Shown here one piece after another: positions 11,187-23,998 of a stretch of 64,000 nucleotides of DNA. The notes under the pieces are model-generated. The model saw only the letters and a program-made list of their open reading frames with translations. It ran no database searches and was not told the DNA's origin. Each line of letters starts with the position of its first letter. The stretch's first letter is position 1. The translations under genes and the position numbers were made by a program. The stretch comes from Mobula hypostoma. Its lineage: Eukaryota. Where the stretch lies: assembly GCF_963921235.1 (NCBI RefSeq), contig NC_086097.1, positions 218,056,001 to 218,120,000 on the forward strand, given 5' to 3'.

Positions 11187-11733
11187 TCATATTAGAACTT
11201 GGAGTACTGTGCTCAGTTCTGGTTGCCTCACTACAGGAAGGGTGTGGACACAATAGAAAGGGTGCAGAGGAGATTTACAAGGATGTTGCCTGGATTGGGG
11301 AGCATGCCTTATGAGAATAGGTTGAGTGAACTCGGCCTTTTCTCCTTGGAGCGACGGAGGATGAGAGGTGATCTGACAGAGGTCTATAAGATGATGAGAG
11401 GCACTGATCGTGTGGATAGTCGGAGGCTTTTTCCCAGGGCTGAAATGCCTAGCACGAGAGGGCACAGTTTTAAGGTGCTTGGAAATAGGTACAGAGGAGA
11501 TGTCAGGGGTAAGTTGTTTACGCAGAGAGTGGTGAGTGCGTGGAATGGGCTGCCGGCAACAGTGGTGGAGATGGATATGATAGGATCTTTTAAGAGACTC
11601 CTGGATAGGTACATGGGGCTTAGAAATTACCTAGTGTTACTCGTAGCCCTCTATTTTTCTAAGATATGGACATGTTCGTCACAGCTTTGTGGGCTGAAGG
11701 GCTTGTATTTTGCTGTAGGTTTTCTATGTTTCT
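11187..11733 (+). mobile_element. CR1 LINE 3' end (5'-truncated)
   Basis: LEYCAQFWLPHYRKGVDTIERVQRRFTRMLPGL... followed by a TTCTATGTTTCTA tail. Confidence 0.9.
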
Positions 11734-11925
11734 AAAGTACTATATATATATATATCATTGTATAAAACCCCGAGTTTCATTTTCTTATGCGCATTCACAG
11801 TAAATCTATAGAATAATAACCATAACAGAATCAATGAAAGTCCAGAGTGCAGAAGACAACAAAATGTCCAAATACAAAATGAGAGAAATAATAAATAAAT
11901 AAATAAATAAGCAATAACTATCAAG

Positions 11926-12609
11926 TGTAAAGCTCCGCTATATTGGCTTGTATATATCTAGGGGAAATCCCGCCCAGCACCCGCCTGGACGCCTCCAGCT
12001 GGGTCGGTTGCTGTACCACTGCAACCCAAATCAGCCAGCACACACAGTATGTTTTACCAAGTGCACTTTATAGATATTACTAAGTCTATGAAATTAATAT
12101 AAGTTCAATATAGAAAAAGGGAATGGAAAAAGCGCCAGACTTATCAAAGTTCAAGTTTTTCGTGCACAAGTTGGAGCTCAGGACCCTCTTCGGGACCACC
12201 CGGAGTGATCGACTGGAGCCTTTCCACTCGTCCGTCGTCCTCCCCGTCTCTCGTCCGACTCCCCCCAAAACCCCCGCATGTACATCGTCCTCCCCGTCTC
12301 TCGTCTGACTCCCCCCAAAACCCCCGCACGTCCGTCGTCCTCCCCGTCTCTCGTCCGACTCCCCACCAAAAAACTCCCGTTCCCAATCATACGAGACAGC
12401 ATTATCACCCCAAGAAATGATAACATGAACACCCATTGGCCAATAGCACTCTGCTATCTGTATTAACTCAAGCAAACTTCTAGCTAGAGACTCTCTCAGC
12501 ATTTAACATAACATAGAAGCCATTTTGATCCACACACACAGTAGTTTAAAAGATTAACATAACAAAGAAGCTATTTTAAATTTAACATACAAAGAAGAAA
12601 CCCCGTACA
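11926..12609. mobile_element. Probable solo LTR (Gypsy-like)
   Basis: TGTA...TACA termini, near-TSD CAAG/CAAT, CpG-rich, non-coding, and cleanly interrupts a LINE 3' end. Confidence 0.65.
12229..12372. repeat. 50-bp tandem repeat, about 2.9 copies, inside the solo LTR
   Basis: Unit CGTCCGTCGTCCTCCCCGTCTCTCGTCCGACTCCCCCCAAAACCCCCGCA starts at 12229, 12279 and 12329. Confidence 0.95.
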
Positions 12610-13967
12610 CAATAACATGAGATGAATTCTTGAAAATGAGCCCACTGGTTGTGGGAGCATTTCAATGATGGGGCAAGTGAAATTTATAGCCTTTGGTTCA
12701 AGAGCCTGATGGTTGAGGGGTGGTAACTTCTGGATTGCTACGTGTGCCACATGCCAGTGAGGGTAGAAAGAGGATGATTTGGCAGATAAATGCCTGGCTG
12801 AGAAGTTGGTGCAGGGGGCAGGGTTTCAGATTCTTGGATCATTGGGTTCTCTTCTGGGGAAAGTATGACTGTACAAAAGGGACGGGTTGCACCTGAACCC
12901 AAGGGGGAGCGATATTCTCACAGGCAGGTTTGTTAGAGCTGTTGGGGAGGGTATAAACTAATTTGGCAGGGGATGGGAACCGGGGTGAAGGGACTCTGGA
13001 TAGGATGGATGTTATTTTTTAAAAAAAAGCAAAAGTAGCCTGTGTCAGACTGTCAGGAAGGGCAGGAAGATGATATGACAAAATTGCAGCCAGCAGGGTG
13101 AATATCAGTGCATTAGGGATGCAGAATCAAAAAGGGTAGCAAATACAGAACTCAAGTGTTATATCTTAATGCACGGAGTATAAGAAGCAAGGTGGATGAT
13201 CTTGTTGCACTTTTACAGGTTGTTGGGTATGATGTTGTAGCCATCTCTGAATTATAGTTGAAGGATGGTTGGAGTTGGGAGCTGAATGTCCAAGGTTGTA
13301 TATTGTATCGGAAGGTAGACTCTGCTGGTAAAGAAAGGCATCAAATCATTAGAAAGTTGTGATGTAGGATCGGAAGATGTTGAATCCTTGTGGGTTGAGC
13401 TAAGAAGCTGCAAGTGTAAAAGGACCCTGGTGGCAGTTATATACAAGCCTCCACACAGTAGCATGGTAGATTACAATGGGAAATAGAAGAGGGCAATGTT
13501 ACAATAGTCATGGGAGATTTTAACATGCAGGTAGATTGGGAAAATCAGGTTGGTAATGGATCCCAAGAGACTGAATTTTTTGTTTGCCTTCTAGATGGCT
13601 TTTTAGAGCGGCTAGTCATTGAACCTCCTAAGGGATCAGCTGTACTGGATTATGTATTATGTAATGAACCGGAGGCAATTAGAGAGCATAAGATAAAGGA
13701 ACCCTGAGGAAACAGTGATCATAATATGATTGAGTTTAACTTGAAATTTGATAGGGAGAAAGTAGGTCTGACGTAGCAGTATTTCAGTGGAATAAAGGAA
13801 ATTACAGTGGTATAAGAGAGGAGTTGGCCAAAGCAAATTAGAAGGAAATGCTGGCAGGGATGACAGCAGAGCAGCAATTTTCTGGGAAAAATGAGGAAGG
13901 TACAAGATACACACATCCAAGTTGCTGGTGAATGCAGCAGGCCAGGCAGCATCTCTAGGAAGAGGTA

Positions 13968-14004
13968 CAGTCGACGTTTCAGGCCGAGACCCTTCGTCAG
14001 GACT
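13968..14004 (-). ncRNA. Minimal hammerhead motif, core intact
   Basis: Identical to the motif at 2368-2404. Confidence 0.8.
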
Positions 14005-14644
14005 AACTGAAGGAAGAGTTAGTAAGAGATTTGAAAGTGGGAGGGGGAGGGGGAGATCCAAAATGATAGGAGAAGACAGGAGGGGGAGGGATGGAGCCAA
14101 GAGCTGGACAGGTGATTGGCAAAGGGGATATGAGAGGATCATGGGAAAGCAGGATCTCCCAGTGGCCACACATTTTAATTCCACATCCCATTCCCATTCT
14201 GACATGTCTATCCACGGCCTCCTCTACTGTAAAGATGAAGCCACACTCAGGTTGGAGGAACAACACCTTATATTCCGTCTGGGGAGCCTCCAACCTGATG
14301 GCATGAACATCGACTTCTCTAACTTCTGCTAATGCCCCACCTCCCCCTCGTACCCCATCCGTTATTTATTTTTATACACACATTCTTTCTCTCACTCTCC
14401 TTTTTCTCCCTCTGTCCCTCTGACTATACCCCTTGCCCATCCCTTGCCCATCCTCTGGGTTTCCCCCCGCCCCCCCCCCTGTCTTTCTCCCCGGACCTCC
14501 TGTCCCATGATCCTCTCATATCCCCTCTGCCAATCACCTGTCCAGCTCTTGGCTCCATCCCTCCCCCTCCTGTCTTCTCCTATCATTTTGGATCTCCCCC
14601 TCCCCCTCCGACTTTCAAATCTCTTACTAACTCTTCCTTCAGTT

Positions 14645-14681
14645 AGTCCTGACGAAGGGTCTCGGCCTGAAATGTTGACTG
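14645..14681 (+). ncRNA. Minimal hammerhead motif, CpG-decayed
   Basis: AGTC-CTGACGA-AGGGTCTCGGCCT-GAAA-TG-TT-GACTG. The stem III palindrome ACGT has become ATGT. Confidence 0.65.
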
Positions 14682-16903
14682 TACCTCTTCCTAGAGATGC
14701 TGCCTGGCCTGCTGCGTTCACCAGCAACTTTGATGTGTGTTGCTTGAATTTCCAGCATCTGCAGAATTCCTGTTGTTAAGGTACAAGATAGATGTATTCC
14801 AAAAACAAAGAAATATTCAAATGGCAAAATAGTACAACCATGGCTGACAAGGGAAGTCAAAGCTAATGTAAAAGCAAAAGAGAGGGCATACAACAAAGCA
14901 AAATTTAGCATGAAGATAGAGGATCGGGAAGCTTTTAAAAACCTACAGCAAGCAACTAAAACTCATTAGGAGGGAAAAGATGAAATATGAAAGCAAGCTG
15001 GCAAACAATATCCAGGCAAATAGAAAAAGCTTTTCCAAGTGTTTAAAGAATAAAAGATAAATGAGAGTGGATGTAGGACTGCTAGAAAATGAGGCTGGAG
15101 AAATAATGAGGGACAAGATGAACTAAGTAAGTATTTTGCATCAGTCTGCACTGTAGTAGACACTAACAGTGTGCCAGCTGTTGAAGGGTGTGAGGGTTAC
15201 TATTACAAGGGAGAAGGTGCTCAAAAAGCTGAAAGACCTAAAGGTGCACAAATTACACATACCAGATGAACTGTACCCTAGGATTCTGAAAGAGGTAGCA
15301 GTAAAGATTGTGGAGGCATTAGTCATGATCTTTCAAGAATCATTGGACTCTGGCATGGTTCTAGAAAATTGCAAATGTCACTCCACTCTTTAAGAAAGGA
15401 AGGTGGCAGCAGAAAGGAAATTATAGGTTGGGAAGATGTTGGAGTCAATTATTAAGGATGAGGTTATGGAGTACTTGGTGACACAGGACAAGGTAGGATA
15501 AAGTCAGTATAGTGCCCAATGAACCTGTTGGAATTCTTTGAGGAGATTACAAGTAGATAGATAAAAGGGACATCGGGCAGTGAAGCGCGGAAGATTTAAA
15601 AGGTCAGAAATCCTGATTCAGGTTTAATTTGGAGAAGGAAGTCTGAGAATCGGAGCGGGAGTGCGGCGGGAGCTATTTTGATTTTTTCTTCTTATTATCG
15701 GAGTTAAGAGAGGCAAGACTGCGCAGGTGTGTGATGTCGGGCAGTGAAGCACGGAAGGTTTAAAAGGAACACAGCCTTATACAGCGGGCAGCAGAGTGAG
15801 CCGGGAGCAGAGTGAAGTCTTAAGGGCTTTGGCTCAATGGGCTGAGGGAGAAACAGGCGAGGCAAAGTAGGTTTGGTTTTCAACTTTTCCTGTTATTTGA
15901 GGAAAGGGGGAAGTATGAGTGTGAGGGCAGCTTGTTGTTCTCTGTGTCGGATGTGGGAGGTCCTGGAGTCTCCTAGCCTCCTGGACGTCCACATCTGCGC
16001 CAGGTGCGCCGAGCTGCAGCTCCTAAGAGACCGTGTTAGGGAACTGGAGCTGCAGCTCGATGACCTTCGTCTGGTCAAGGAGAGTGAGGAGCTGATAGGA
16101 GTTGCAGGCTGGGACCACGGGAGGCAGACAAGTGGGTCACGGTTAGGTGGGGAAGGGGAAGTGTCAGGTACTAGAGTGTACCCCAGTGGCTGTGCCTCTT
16201 GACAATAAGTACTCCTGTTTCAGTACTGTTGGGGGGGACAGCTTACCTTGGGGAAGCAACAATAGCTGTGCCTCTGGCACAGAGTCCAGCCCTGTAGCTC
16301 CAGAAGGGTAGGGAAAGGAAGAGAAGGGCGGTAATAATAGGGGACTCGATAGTTAGGGGGTCAGATAGGCGATTCTGTGGACGCAGTCAGGAGACCTGAT
16401 AGTTTGCCTCCCTGGTGCCAAGGTCCAGGATGTTTCTGATCGCGTCCAAGATATCCTGAAGTGGGAGGGTGAGGAGCCAGAGGTCGTGGTACATATAGGT
16501 ACCAATGACATAGGTAGGAAAATGGAGGAAGTCCTGAAAGGAGAATATAGGGAGTTAGGAAGGATGTTGAGAAGAAGGACCGCAAAGGTAGTAATCTCGG
16601 GATTACTGGCTGTGCTACGTGACAGTGAGAGTAGGAATAGAATGAGGTGGAGGATAAGTGTGTGGCTGAGGGATTGGAGCAGGGGGCAGGGATTCAAGTT
16701 TTTGGATCATTGGGACCTCTTTTGGCGCAGGTGTGATCTGTACAAAAAGGACGGGTTGCACTTGAATCCTAGGGGGATCAATATCCTGACAGGAAGATTG
16801 CAAAGGCTACTGAGGAGACTTTAAGCTAGAATGGTTGTGGGGTGGGAATCAAATTGAAGAGTCTAGGAGAGAGGAGGTTAATTCACAAATAGAGAAAGCT
16901 AGT

Positions 16904-17739
16904 TGTTATGTACCCTGTAACTGGGTTGTCAAACCAGCAGAAATGGACCACTAGTTGGAGTCTGGATTACTAGAAACTAATAAAGTTTTATTAAAGAAAT
17001 AAGTAACGCAGTACTCTAAACGTAAGGATATAAATGCAACAGGTTAGCAATGATAAAACACACATGTACACAGAACTAGGGTAATAGGAATCAACCAACC
17101 TCTATCGCAGTCTAGGGGTAAAATGATCAGTCTTAAGTGATGCAGAGTTCAGTTCAGCTTAGTGCAGTTCGCAGTAATCGCTGTTGTGCCGTTGGAGAGA
17201 GAGAGAGAGAGATGCAAATTTTGATTCAAGCAGACCTTTGATGTTCTTCGCAGTTGGCTTTCGGGCGGACCCTTTTGTGTCTTCTATCCCGCTGTGGTCA
17301 CCGACTGTGACCCCTCCGTTCCGCATATGACTATTCTTCCGCGGTGAACCCGGCACCCACGCAAGAGCGGACACACACACCAGGTTCCCGCCGATCGTAC
17401 CTTTTCACCCTGTGAGTTTATGGTCGGTTCCCTCGATCCAGACCTCCAAACTCCACCAACCTGTGGGGGCACACCGCTCTTCCAGGGTCTCGTTATCTCG
17501 TGATCTCGTGGTGTCGTGCCTTAGCGAACCTGTTCTTTTTATCCCCCTGCTGGGGTATCGCCTTTCCATCAAACTTCAAACAGTTCAGGTTCAAAGCATC
17601 CGGTTGTCAATATTCTGAATTGTGTCTCTTTTCGTTATCGCTCTCTCCTCTCTCATTAACATTTTGAACGCTTCTCCATTGTCTCCCTTATCTCTCTCTC
17701 ATTAGCATCAATCTTCTGATAACCTGGTTTTTCGTCACA
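16904..17739. mobile_element. Solo LTR (836 bp, Gypsy-like)
   Basis: TGT...ACA termini and perfect 4-bp TSD TAGT (16900-16903, 17740-17743). CpG-rich and non-coding. Confidence 0.85.
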
Positions 17740-18897
17740 TAGTAGACAGTGTGTGAGGGAGGATAGGCAGGAGACACAGAATGGGAGCACTCAGACCAAA
17801 GATGTAGGGGAGAAGGAAGAAAAAGGTAACAGTTGTTTGCACCATTAGGGATAAACAGAGAGTAAGAGGTGGAGAATTTCTTAAATGCATCTATTTTAAT
17901 GCTAGGAGCATTGTAAGAAAGGTCGATGAGCCTAGAGCATGGATTGATACCTGGAAATGTGATGTTGTAGCTGTTAGTGAAACATGGTTACAGGAGGGGT
18001 GGACTGGCAACTAAATACTCCTGGATTTCGTTGCTTCAGGTGTGATAGAATCGGAGGGGCAAGAGGGGAGGTGTTGCATTGCTTGTCAGAGAAAATATTA
18101 CAGCGGTGCTTTGGCAGGATAGATTAGAGGACTTGTCTAGGGAGGCTATTTGGGGGGAATTGAGGAATGGGAAAGGTGTAGTAACACTTAGAGGAGTGTA
18201 TTATTGACCACCTAATAGGGAGCGAGAATTGGAGGAGCAAATTTGTAAGGATATAGCAGATTATTTGTAGTAAGCACAAGGTTGTGATAGTGGGCGATTT
18301 TAATTTTCCACAATTAGACTGGGAAACCCATTCTGTAAAAGGGCTGGATGGTTTGGAGTTTGTAAGATAGTTTTTTGCAGCAACACATCGAGGTACCAAC
18401 TAGAGAAGGGGCAGTGTTGGATCTCCTGTTAGGGAATGAGATAGGTCAGGTGACGGAGGTTTGTGCTGGGGAGCACTTCAGGTCCAGTGCCATTAGTTTC
18501 AATATAATTATGGAGAAGGATAGGACTGGACCCAGGGTTGAGATTTTTGATTGGAGAAAGGCTAACTTTGAGGAGATGTGAAAGGATTTAGAAGGAGTGG
18601 ATTGGGACAATTTGTTTTATGGGAAGGATGTAATAAAGAAATGGAGGTCATTTAAAGGTGAGATTTTGAGGGTACAGAATCTTTATGTTCCTGTTAGGTT
18701 GAAAGGAAAGGTTAGAAGTTTGAGAGCCATGGTTTTCAAGGGATATTGGAAACTTGGTTCGGAAAAAGAGAGAGATCTACAATAAATATAGGCAGCTTAG
18801 AGTGAATGAGGTGCTCAAGGAATATAAAGAATGTAAAGAGAATCTTAAGAAAGAAATTAGAAAAGCTGAAAGAAGATATGAGGTTGCTTTGGCAAGT

Positions 18898-19174
18898 TTT
18901 AAGGCATCCATTAGCCTTGCAAGACAATGGATCTGTGCCTGGTAAGTCTTCACTCTCCAAGGCGCAGGGTTGTATGGAAGACCAGCAGTTGCCCATGCTG
19001 CAAGTCTCCCCTCTCCACGACACCAGTGTTGTCCAAGGGAAGGGCATTAGGACCCATACAGCTTGGCACCAGTGTCATCGCAGAGCAATGTGTGATTAAG
19101 TGCCTTGCTTCAGGTCACTAGTCCAATGCCTTAACCACTTGGCCATGTGCCCCCTACACACAATCCCTGGCTTA
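18898..19174 (-). mobile_element. tRNA-derived SINE with CORE-like segment (B-box region deleted)
   Basis: 11-bp TSD CTTTGGCAAGT (18887-18897, 19175-19185) and A-box TGGCCAAGTGG. Same family as 46570-46875. Confidence 0.85.
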
Positions 19175-19710
19175 CTTTGGCAAGTAAGGTGAAAATAAAT
19201 CCCAAGGGTTTCTACAGTTATATTAATAGTAAAAGGATAGTGAGGAATAAAATTGGTCCCTTAGAGAATCAGAGTGGACAGCTATGTGTGGAGCCAAAAG
19301 AGATGGGGGAGATTTTGAACAATTTCTTTTCTTCGGTATTCACTAAGGAGAAGGATATTGAATTGTGTAAGGTAAGGGAAACAAGTAGGGTAGTTATGGA
19401 AACTATGATGATTAAAGAAGAGGAAGTACTGACACTCTTAAGGAATATAAAAGTGGATAAGTCTCTGGGTCCTGACAGGATATTCCCTAGGACCTTGAAG
19501 GAAGTTAGTGTGGAAATAGCAGGGGCTCTGACAGAAATATTTCAAATGTCATTAGAAATGGGGATGGTGCCGGAGGATTGGCATATTGCTCATGTTGTTC
19601 CATTGTTTAAAAAGGGTTCTAAGAGTAAACCTAGCAATTATCGGCCTGTGAGTTTGACGTCAGTGGTGGGTAGATTGATGGAAAGTATTCTTAGAGATGG
19701 TATGTATAAT

Positions 19711-20169
19711 TTATACTTTATACTTTATTGTCGCCAAAAAATAGATACTAGAACGTACAATCATCACAGTGATATTTGATTCTGTGCTTTCCGCTCTCTG
19801 GATTACAAATATTAAATATTAACAATAGTAAAAATTAGTAAATATTAAAAAATTAAATTATAGATCATAAATGGAAAATAAGGTAGTGCAAAAAAACCGA
19901 GAGGCAGGTCTGGATATTTGGAGGGTACGGCCCAGATCTGGGTCAGGATCCGTTCAGCAGTCTTATCATAGTTGGAAAGAAGCTGTTCCCAAATCTGGCC
20001 GTACGAGTCTTTAAGCTCCTGAGCCTTCTCCCGGAGGGAAGAGGGACGAAAAGTGTGTGGCTGGATGGGTCGTGCCCTTGATTATCCTGGCAGCACTGCT
20101 CCAACAGCGTGCGGTGTAAAGTGAGTCCAAGGACGAAAGATTGGATTGTGTGATGTGCTGTTTTGTGTG
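19711..20169 (-). mobile_element. LINE 3' fragment (Rex/L2-like) with (TACTTTA)-type tail
   Basis: Interrupts the CR1 RT, which resumes at TCTGGATAGACAGG. The reverse complement of the same 3' end occurs at about 46010-46185. Confidence 0.65.
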
Positions 20170-20454
20170 ATCTGGATAGACAGGGTCTGATTAGGAACAG
20201 TCAACATGGATTTGAAATACAATGTTAGAAAATGCATGGTCATGCACTTTTGTAGTAGAAATAAATGTGTGGACTATTTTCTAAACGGGGAGAAAATCAT
20301 CACCACCTTTGATTTGGCCAATGACAGTGGTGTCATTAGCAAACTGTTTAAGTGTTTATCAGAATATCTCAAACTTAGTAATTGTATCTGATTCCACCAC
20401 TTCCTCTGGCAGCAGTTCAAAATATCAATCGCCTTTTCTGGGAGGAGAAGAAGT

Positions 20455-22440
20455 AAGATCATAAGAAATAGGAACAGAATTAGGTTGTTCGACCTATTGA
20501 GTCTTCTCTGTCATTTAATTATGGTCCCTCTTAATCCTACTGATCTGCCTTCACCCTGCAATCTTTGACACCCCTATAAATCAAGAAGCTGTCAACATCT
20601 GCTTTTAATATATATGGCCTCCACAGATATCTGTAGCAATGAATTCCACAGATTCACCATCCTCTTGGCTAAAGAAGTTCTTCCTGTTCTATGTTCCAAA
20701 AGGGACATTCTTTTGTTGCTGTGCCCTCTTGTCCTAGGTTCTCCCACTATTGGAAACATACCCTGCATATCTTTTCTATAAATATTTTTTAGGTTTCAAT
20801 GAGATTCCACCCTCATTCTTTTAAATTCCAGTGAGTTCAGGCCCAAAGCTAACACACTTCTTGTATGTTAAACCTCCTGGCATCATTCTCTTAAACATCC
20901 TTTGAACCCTCTCCAATACTCCATATGTTGTCTGTGCAATGGATTATAAAGCTTCAGCATTACATCCTTGCATTTGTATTCTAGCTGTCTTGAAATGAAT
21001 GCTAACCTTGCATTTGTTTTCCTCATCCCCTACAATTTCACCTGTTAACCTTTAGGGAATACTGGACTAGGACTCCCAAGTACCTTTGCACCTCCATTTT
21101 CCAGAATCACTCCTTGTTTAGAAAATAGTATATGCCATTATTCCTTCTGCCGAAGTGCATGATCATACACTTCTATACACATTCCCCTAATCTATGGCTT
21201 TCTTCCTTCCTGCTTTATTAACACTACCTGTCCCTCCCCCTATCTTTGTAATATCCACAATCCTGTTACAAAGTCATCAATTCTGATAGCCAGACTATTA
21301 ACATGTAATGTGAAAGGTAATGGACTGAACAAGGACATCTATGGAATACCATTGGTCAGTAGCACCCAACCAGAAAATGCTCCCTGTATTTCCACTCTTT
21401 GCCTTCTGCCAATCAACCAATCTTCTATTCATGCTGGTCTATTTCTTGTAATACCATGGGCTGCTATCTTCTTTAGCAGCCTCATGTGTGGCACCTTGTC
21501 AAAGGCCTTCTGAAAATCTAAGTTAATAACATCCTCCTTTGTCTATCTTACCTATTATTTCCTCAAAGAATTCCAAAAGATTTGTTAGGCAAGATTTCCC
21601 CTTAAGAAAATCATGCTGACTTTGGCTTACTTTATCATGTACCTCCAAACTGCATCCTTAATAATGGACTCAAACACCTTCCCAACCACTGAAGTCAGGT
21701 TTACTGGCCTATACATGTGATCCTCCTTTGGTTGGAGTTAACCATGGATGGTGCATCCTAGCTGGTCTATGTTGTTCGTGCAACACTGTCTGTGGCTCAC
21801 CGCTGCAAGGCAAATTTGATACAAAAGCCAGTATAAATGCGCCTGTCTTTTGCCTCATTCCATTCTTAAAAGGTGGAGTGATATTTGAGATTTTCTGGTC
21901 CTCTGGAAACATTCCAGAATCTAGTGTTTCCTGAAAGATCAATTCTGATTTCTCCACAGTCTCTTCAGCTACCTCTTTCAGAACCTGGTTCAAATGGTCC
22001 AGATGACATGTCTTCCCTTCAGACCTTTCAGCTTCTTATTACCTTCTCCTTAGTTATAATGACTATACTTGCACTCCTTGACTCTTGAATTTCTGGTATG
22101 CCGCTGAAGTCTTCTGCAGTGAAGACTGACACAAAATACCGATTCAGTTTTGTCTGCCATTTCTTTGCTCTCCTTTACTTCTTCTCCCGCAGTCCAATGT
22201 CCACTCTTGCCTCACTTTTGCTTTTTACATATCTGAAAATCTTTTGGTATCCTTATTTATATTATTGGTTAGCTTAGCTTCATATTTAATCTTTTCTCTC
22301 CCTATTGCTTTTGAGTTGCCTTCTGTTGGTTTTTAAAATCTTCCCACAGATTTGTGCTATATGCCCTCAATTTTGCTTTTATGCAGTTATTGATTTCCCT
22401 TGTCAGCCACGGTTGCCTCATCTCTCTGTAGACTGCTTCT
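20455..22440 (-). mobile_element. Old CR1 LINE; continues at about 31345-32060 beyond a nested insertion
   Basis: Degenerate ORF2 (QVLKEVAEETV...IFQETLDSGMFPED), collinear with the CR1 subfamily at 35460-38060. Confidence 0.7.
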
Positions 22441-23038
22441 TAGAACCATAGAAACCAAAGAAAAACTACAGCACAGAAACAGGCCTTTTGGCCCTTCTTG
22501 GCTGTGCCGAACCATTTTCTGCCTAGTCCCACTGACCTGCACACGGACCATATCCCTCCATACACCTCCCATCCATGTATCTGTCCAATTTATTCTTAAA
22601 TGTTAAACAAGAACCCGCATTTACCACCTTGTCTGGCAGCTCATTCTACACCCCCACTACTCTCTGTGTGGAGAAGCCCCCCCCCCAATGTTCCCTTTAA
22701 ACTTTTCCCCCTTCACCCTTAACCCATGTCCTCTGGTTTTTTTCTCCCCTTGCCTCAGTGGAAAAAGCCTGCTTGCATTCACTCTTATCTATTCCCATCA
22801 TAATTTCATACACCTCTATCAAATCTCCCCTTATTCTTCTACGCTCCAGGGAATAAAGTCCTAACCTATTCAACCTTTCTCTGTAACTGAGTTTCTCAAG
22901 TCCCGGCAACATCCTTGTAAACCTTCTCTGCACTCTTTCAACCTTATTTATATCCTTCCTGTAATTTGGTGACCAAAACTGAACACAATACTCCAGATTC
23001 GGCCTCACCAATGCCTTATACAACCTCATCATAACATT

Positions 23039-23998
23039 AATCTTGTCCACAATTGCCATCTCCTCCTGCTTCTGTTTCTTCCTCAAAGCAACGGAATACG
23101 AAATAATCTGACCCCGAATATAGGCTTTAAAAGTGTCCCAAAGAGTGTTAACAGAAATATCTTCTGTATGGTTAATTGTAAAAAAAAGCTCAATCTGTTC
23201 ATTCATAAAATTAACAAAGTCCGAGTCCTGAAGCAACAGCGAATTAAAACGCCATTGTCTATTGTTTGGTATATTGGCCATAATTTTAATAGAAAGCTTA
23301 AGTGGAGCATGATCCGAAATGGTTATAGAATCATAATCACATTTAATCACTGAAGGAATGAGACGAGAATCAATGAAAAAATAATCAATTCTTGAATAGG
23401 AATGATGAACATGTGAAAAGAAGGAAAAATCTTTTTCCTGAGGATGCAGAAAACGCCAAATGTCCGTCGACCCAGAATCAGAAAGGAAAAAATTAATCAA
23501 ATTTGCAGATTTATTAGGTAAAGTCCGTAAAGGAGCCGAACGGTCCAAAGCTGGAGATAAACAGGTATTAAGATCTCCGCCCCAAATCAATGAAAACTCG
23601 TTCAAATTCGGAAACTGATCAAACAATGATTTATAAAATTCCGGACAATCCATATTAGGAGCATAAACATTAACCAAAACTACTTTTTTATTAAATAGTA
23701 AACCACTAACCAATAAAAATCTACCATTCGGATCAGAGATAATATCCTGTTGTATAAAAGTAACTGAGGAGTCTATAAAAATAGAGACGCCTCGAATCTT
23801 AGCATTGGAGTTCGAATGAAATTGTTGTCCCTTCCAGAATTTGAAAAAACGTAGTCTGTCCCCCCTCCGTACATGGGTCTCTTGTAAAAATAAAATTTGT
23901 GCTTTAAGTCTCCGGAACACTTTAAAAACTTTTTTCCTTTTAATAGGATGATTAAGACCATTAGTATTCCAGGAGACAAAATTAATAATAGACTCCAT
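23039..23998 (-). CDS. L1 ORF2 APE endonuclease domain (truncated; reads through into the host CR1 frame to 22697)
   Basis: SWNTNGLN, FLQETH, VNVYAPN, GGDLN, YSRIDYF, SDHAPL, WRFNSLLL and LWDTFKAYIRG motifs with no stop codon. Confidence 0.9.

Larger units (their letters stand above)
11733..12728 (-). mobile_element. Rex1/Babar-like 3' end interrupted by a solo LTR
   Basis: Collinear with 61020-61380 once 11926-12609 is removed. Confidence 0.7.
13910..14777 (+). mobile_element. Penelope-like element: GIY-YIG C-terminus and terminal repeat, preceded by an inverted copy of the repeat
   Basis: QDLPVATHFNSTSHSHSDMSIHGLLYCKDEATLRLEEQHLIFRLGSLQPDGMNIDF. Inverted arms of about 237 bp (13910-14146 and 14503-14739). 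13-bp TSD AAGGTACAAGATA (13897-13909, 14778-14790). Confidence 0.9.
12729..15570 (+). mobile_element. Decayed CR1 LINE (ORF1 end, EN, part of RT) with a Penelope insertion
   Basis: DGLHLNP ORF1 end, MGDFNMQVDW EN motif and PDELYPRILKEVA. Confidence 0.8.
15570..20200 (+). mobile_element. CR1 LINE with 5' UTR, ORF1 and partial ORF2, interrupted by an LTR, a SINE and a LINE fragment
   Basis: CpG-rich 5' UTR with duplicated TCGGGCAGTGAAGC..GGAAG.TTTAAAAGG. ORF1 Cys-rich/coiled-coil start (MSVRAACCSLCRMW) and VHIGTNDIG...DGLHLNP. ORF2 pieces up to [12 protein letters not shown]. Confidence 0.9.

Noticed and set aside
12229..12372. Repeat array resembling CRISPR or a repetitive protein
   Set aside because: Head-to-tail units with no unique spacers, in a eukaryotic solo LTR.
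13657..14911. Many overlapping ORFs on both strands
   Set aside because: Artefacts of the Penelope inverted repeat and low-complexity purine/pyrimidine tracts. Only the GIY-YIG tail is real coding remnant.
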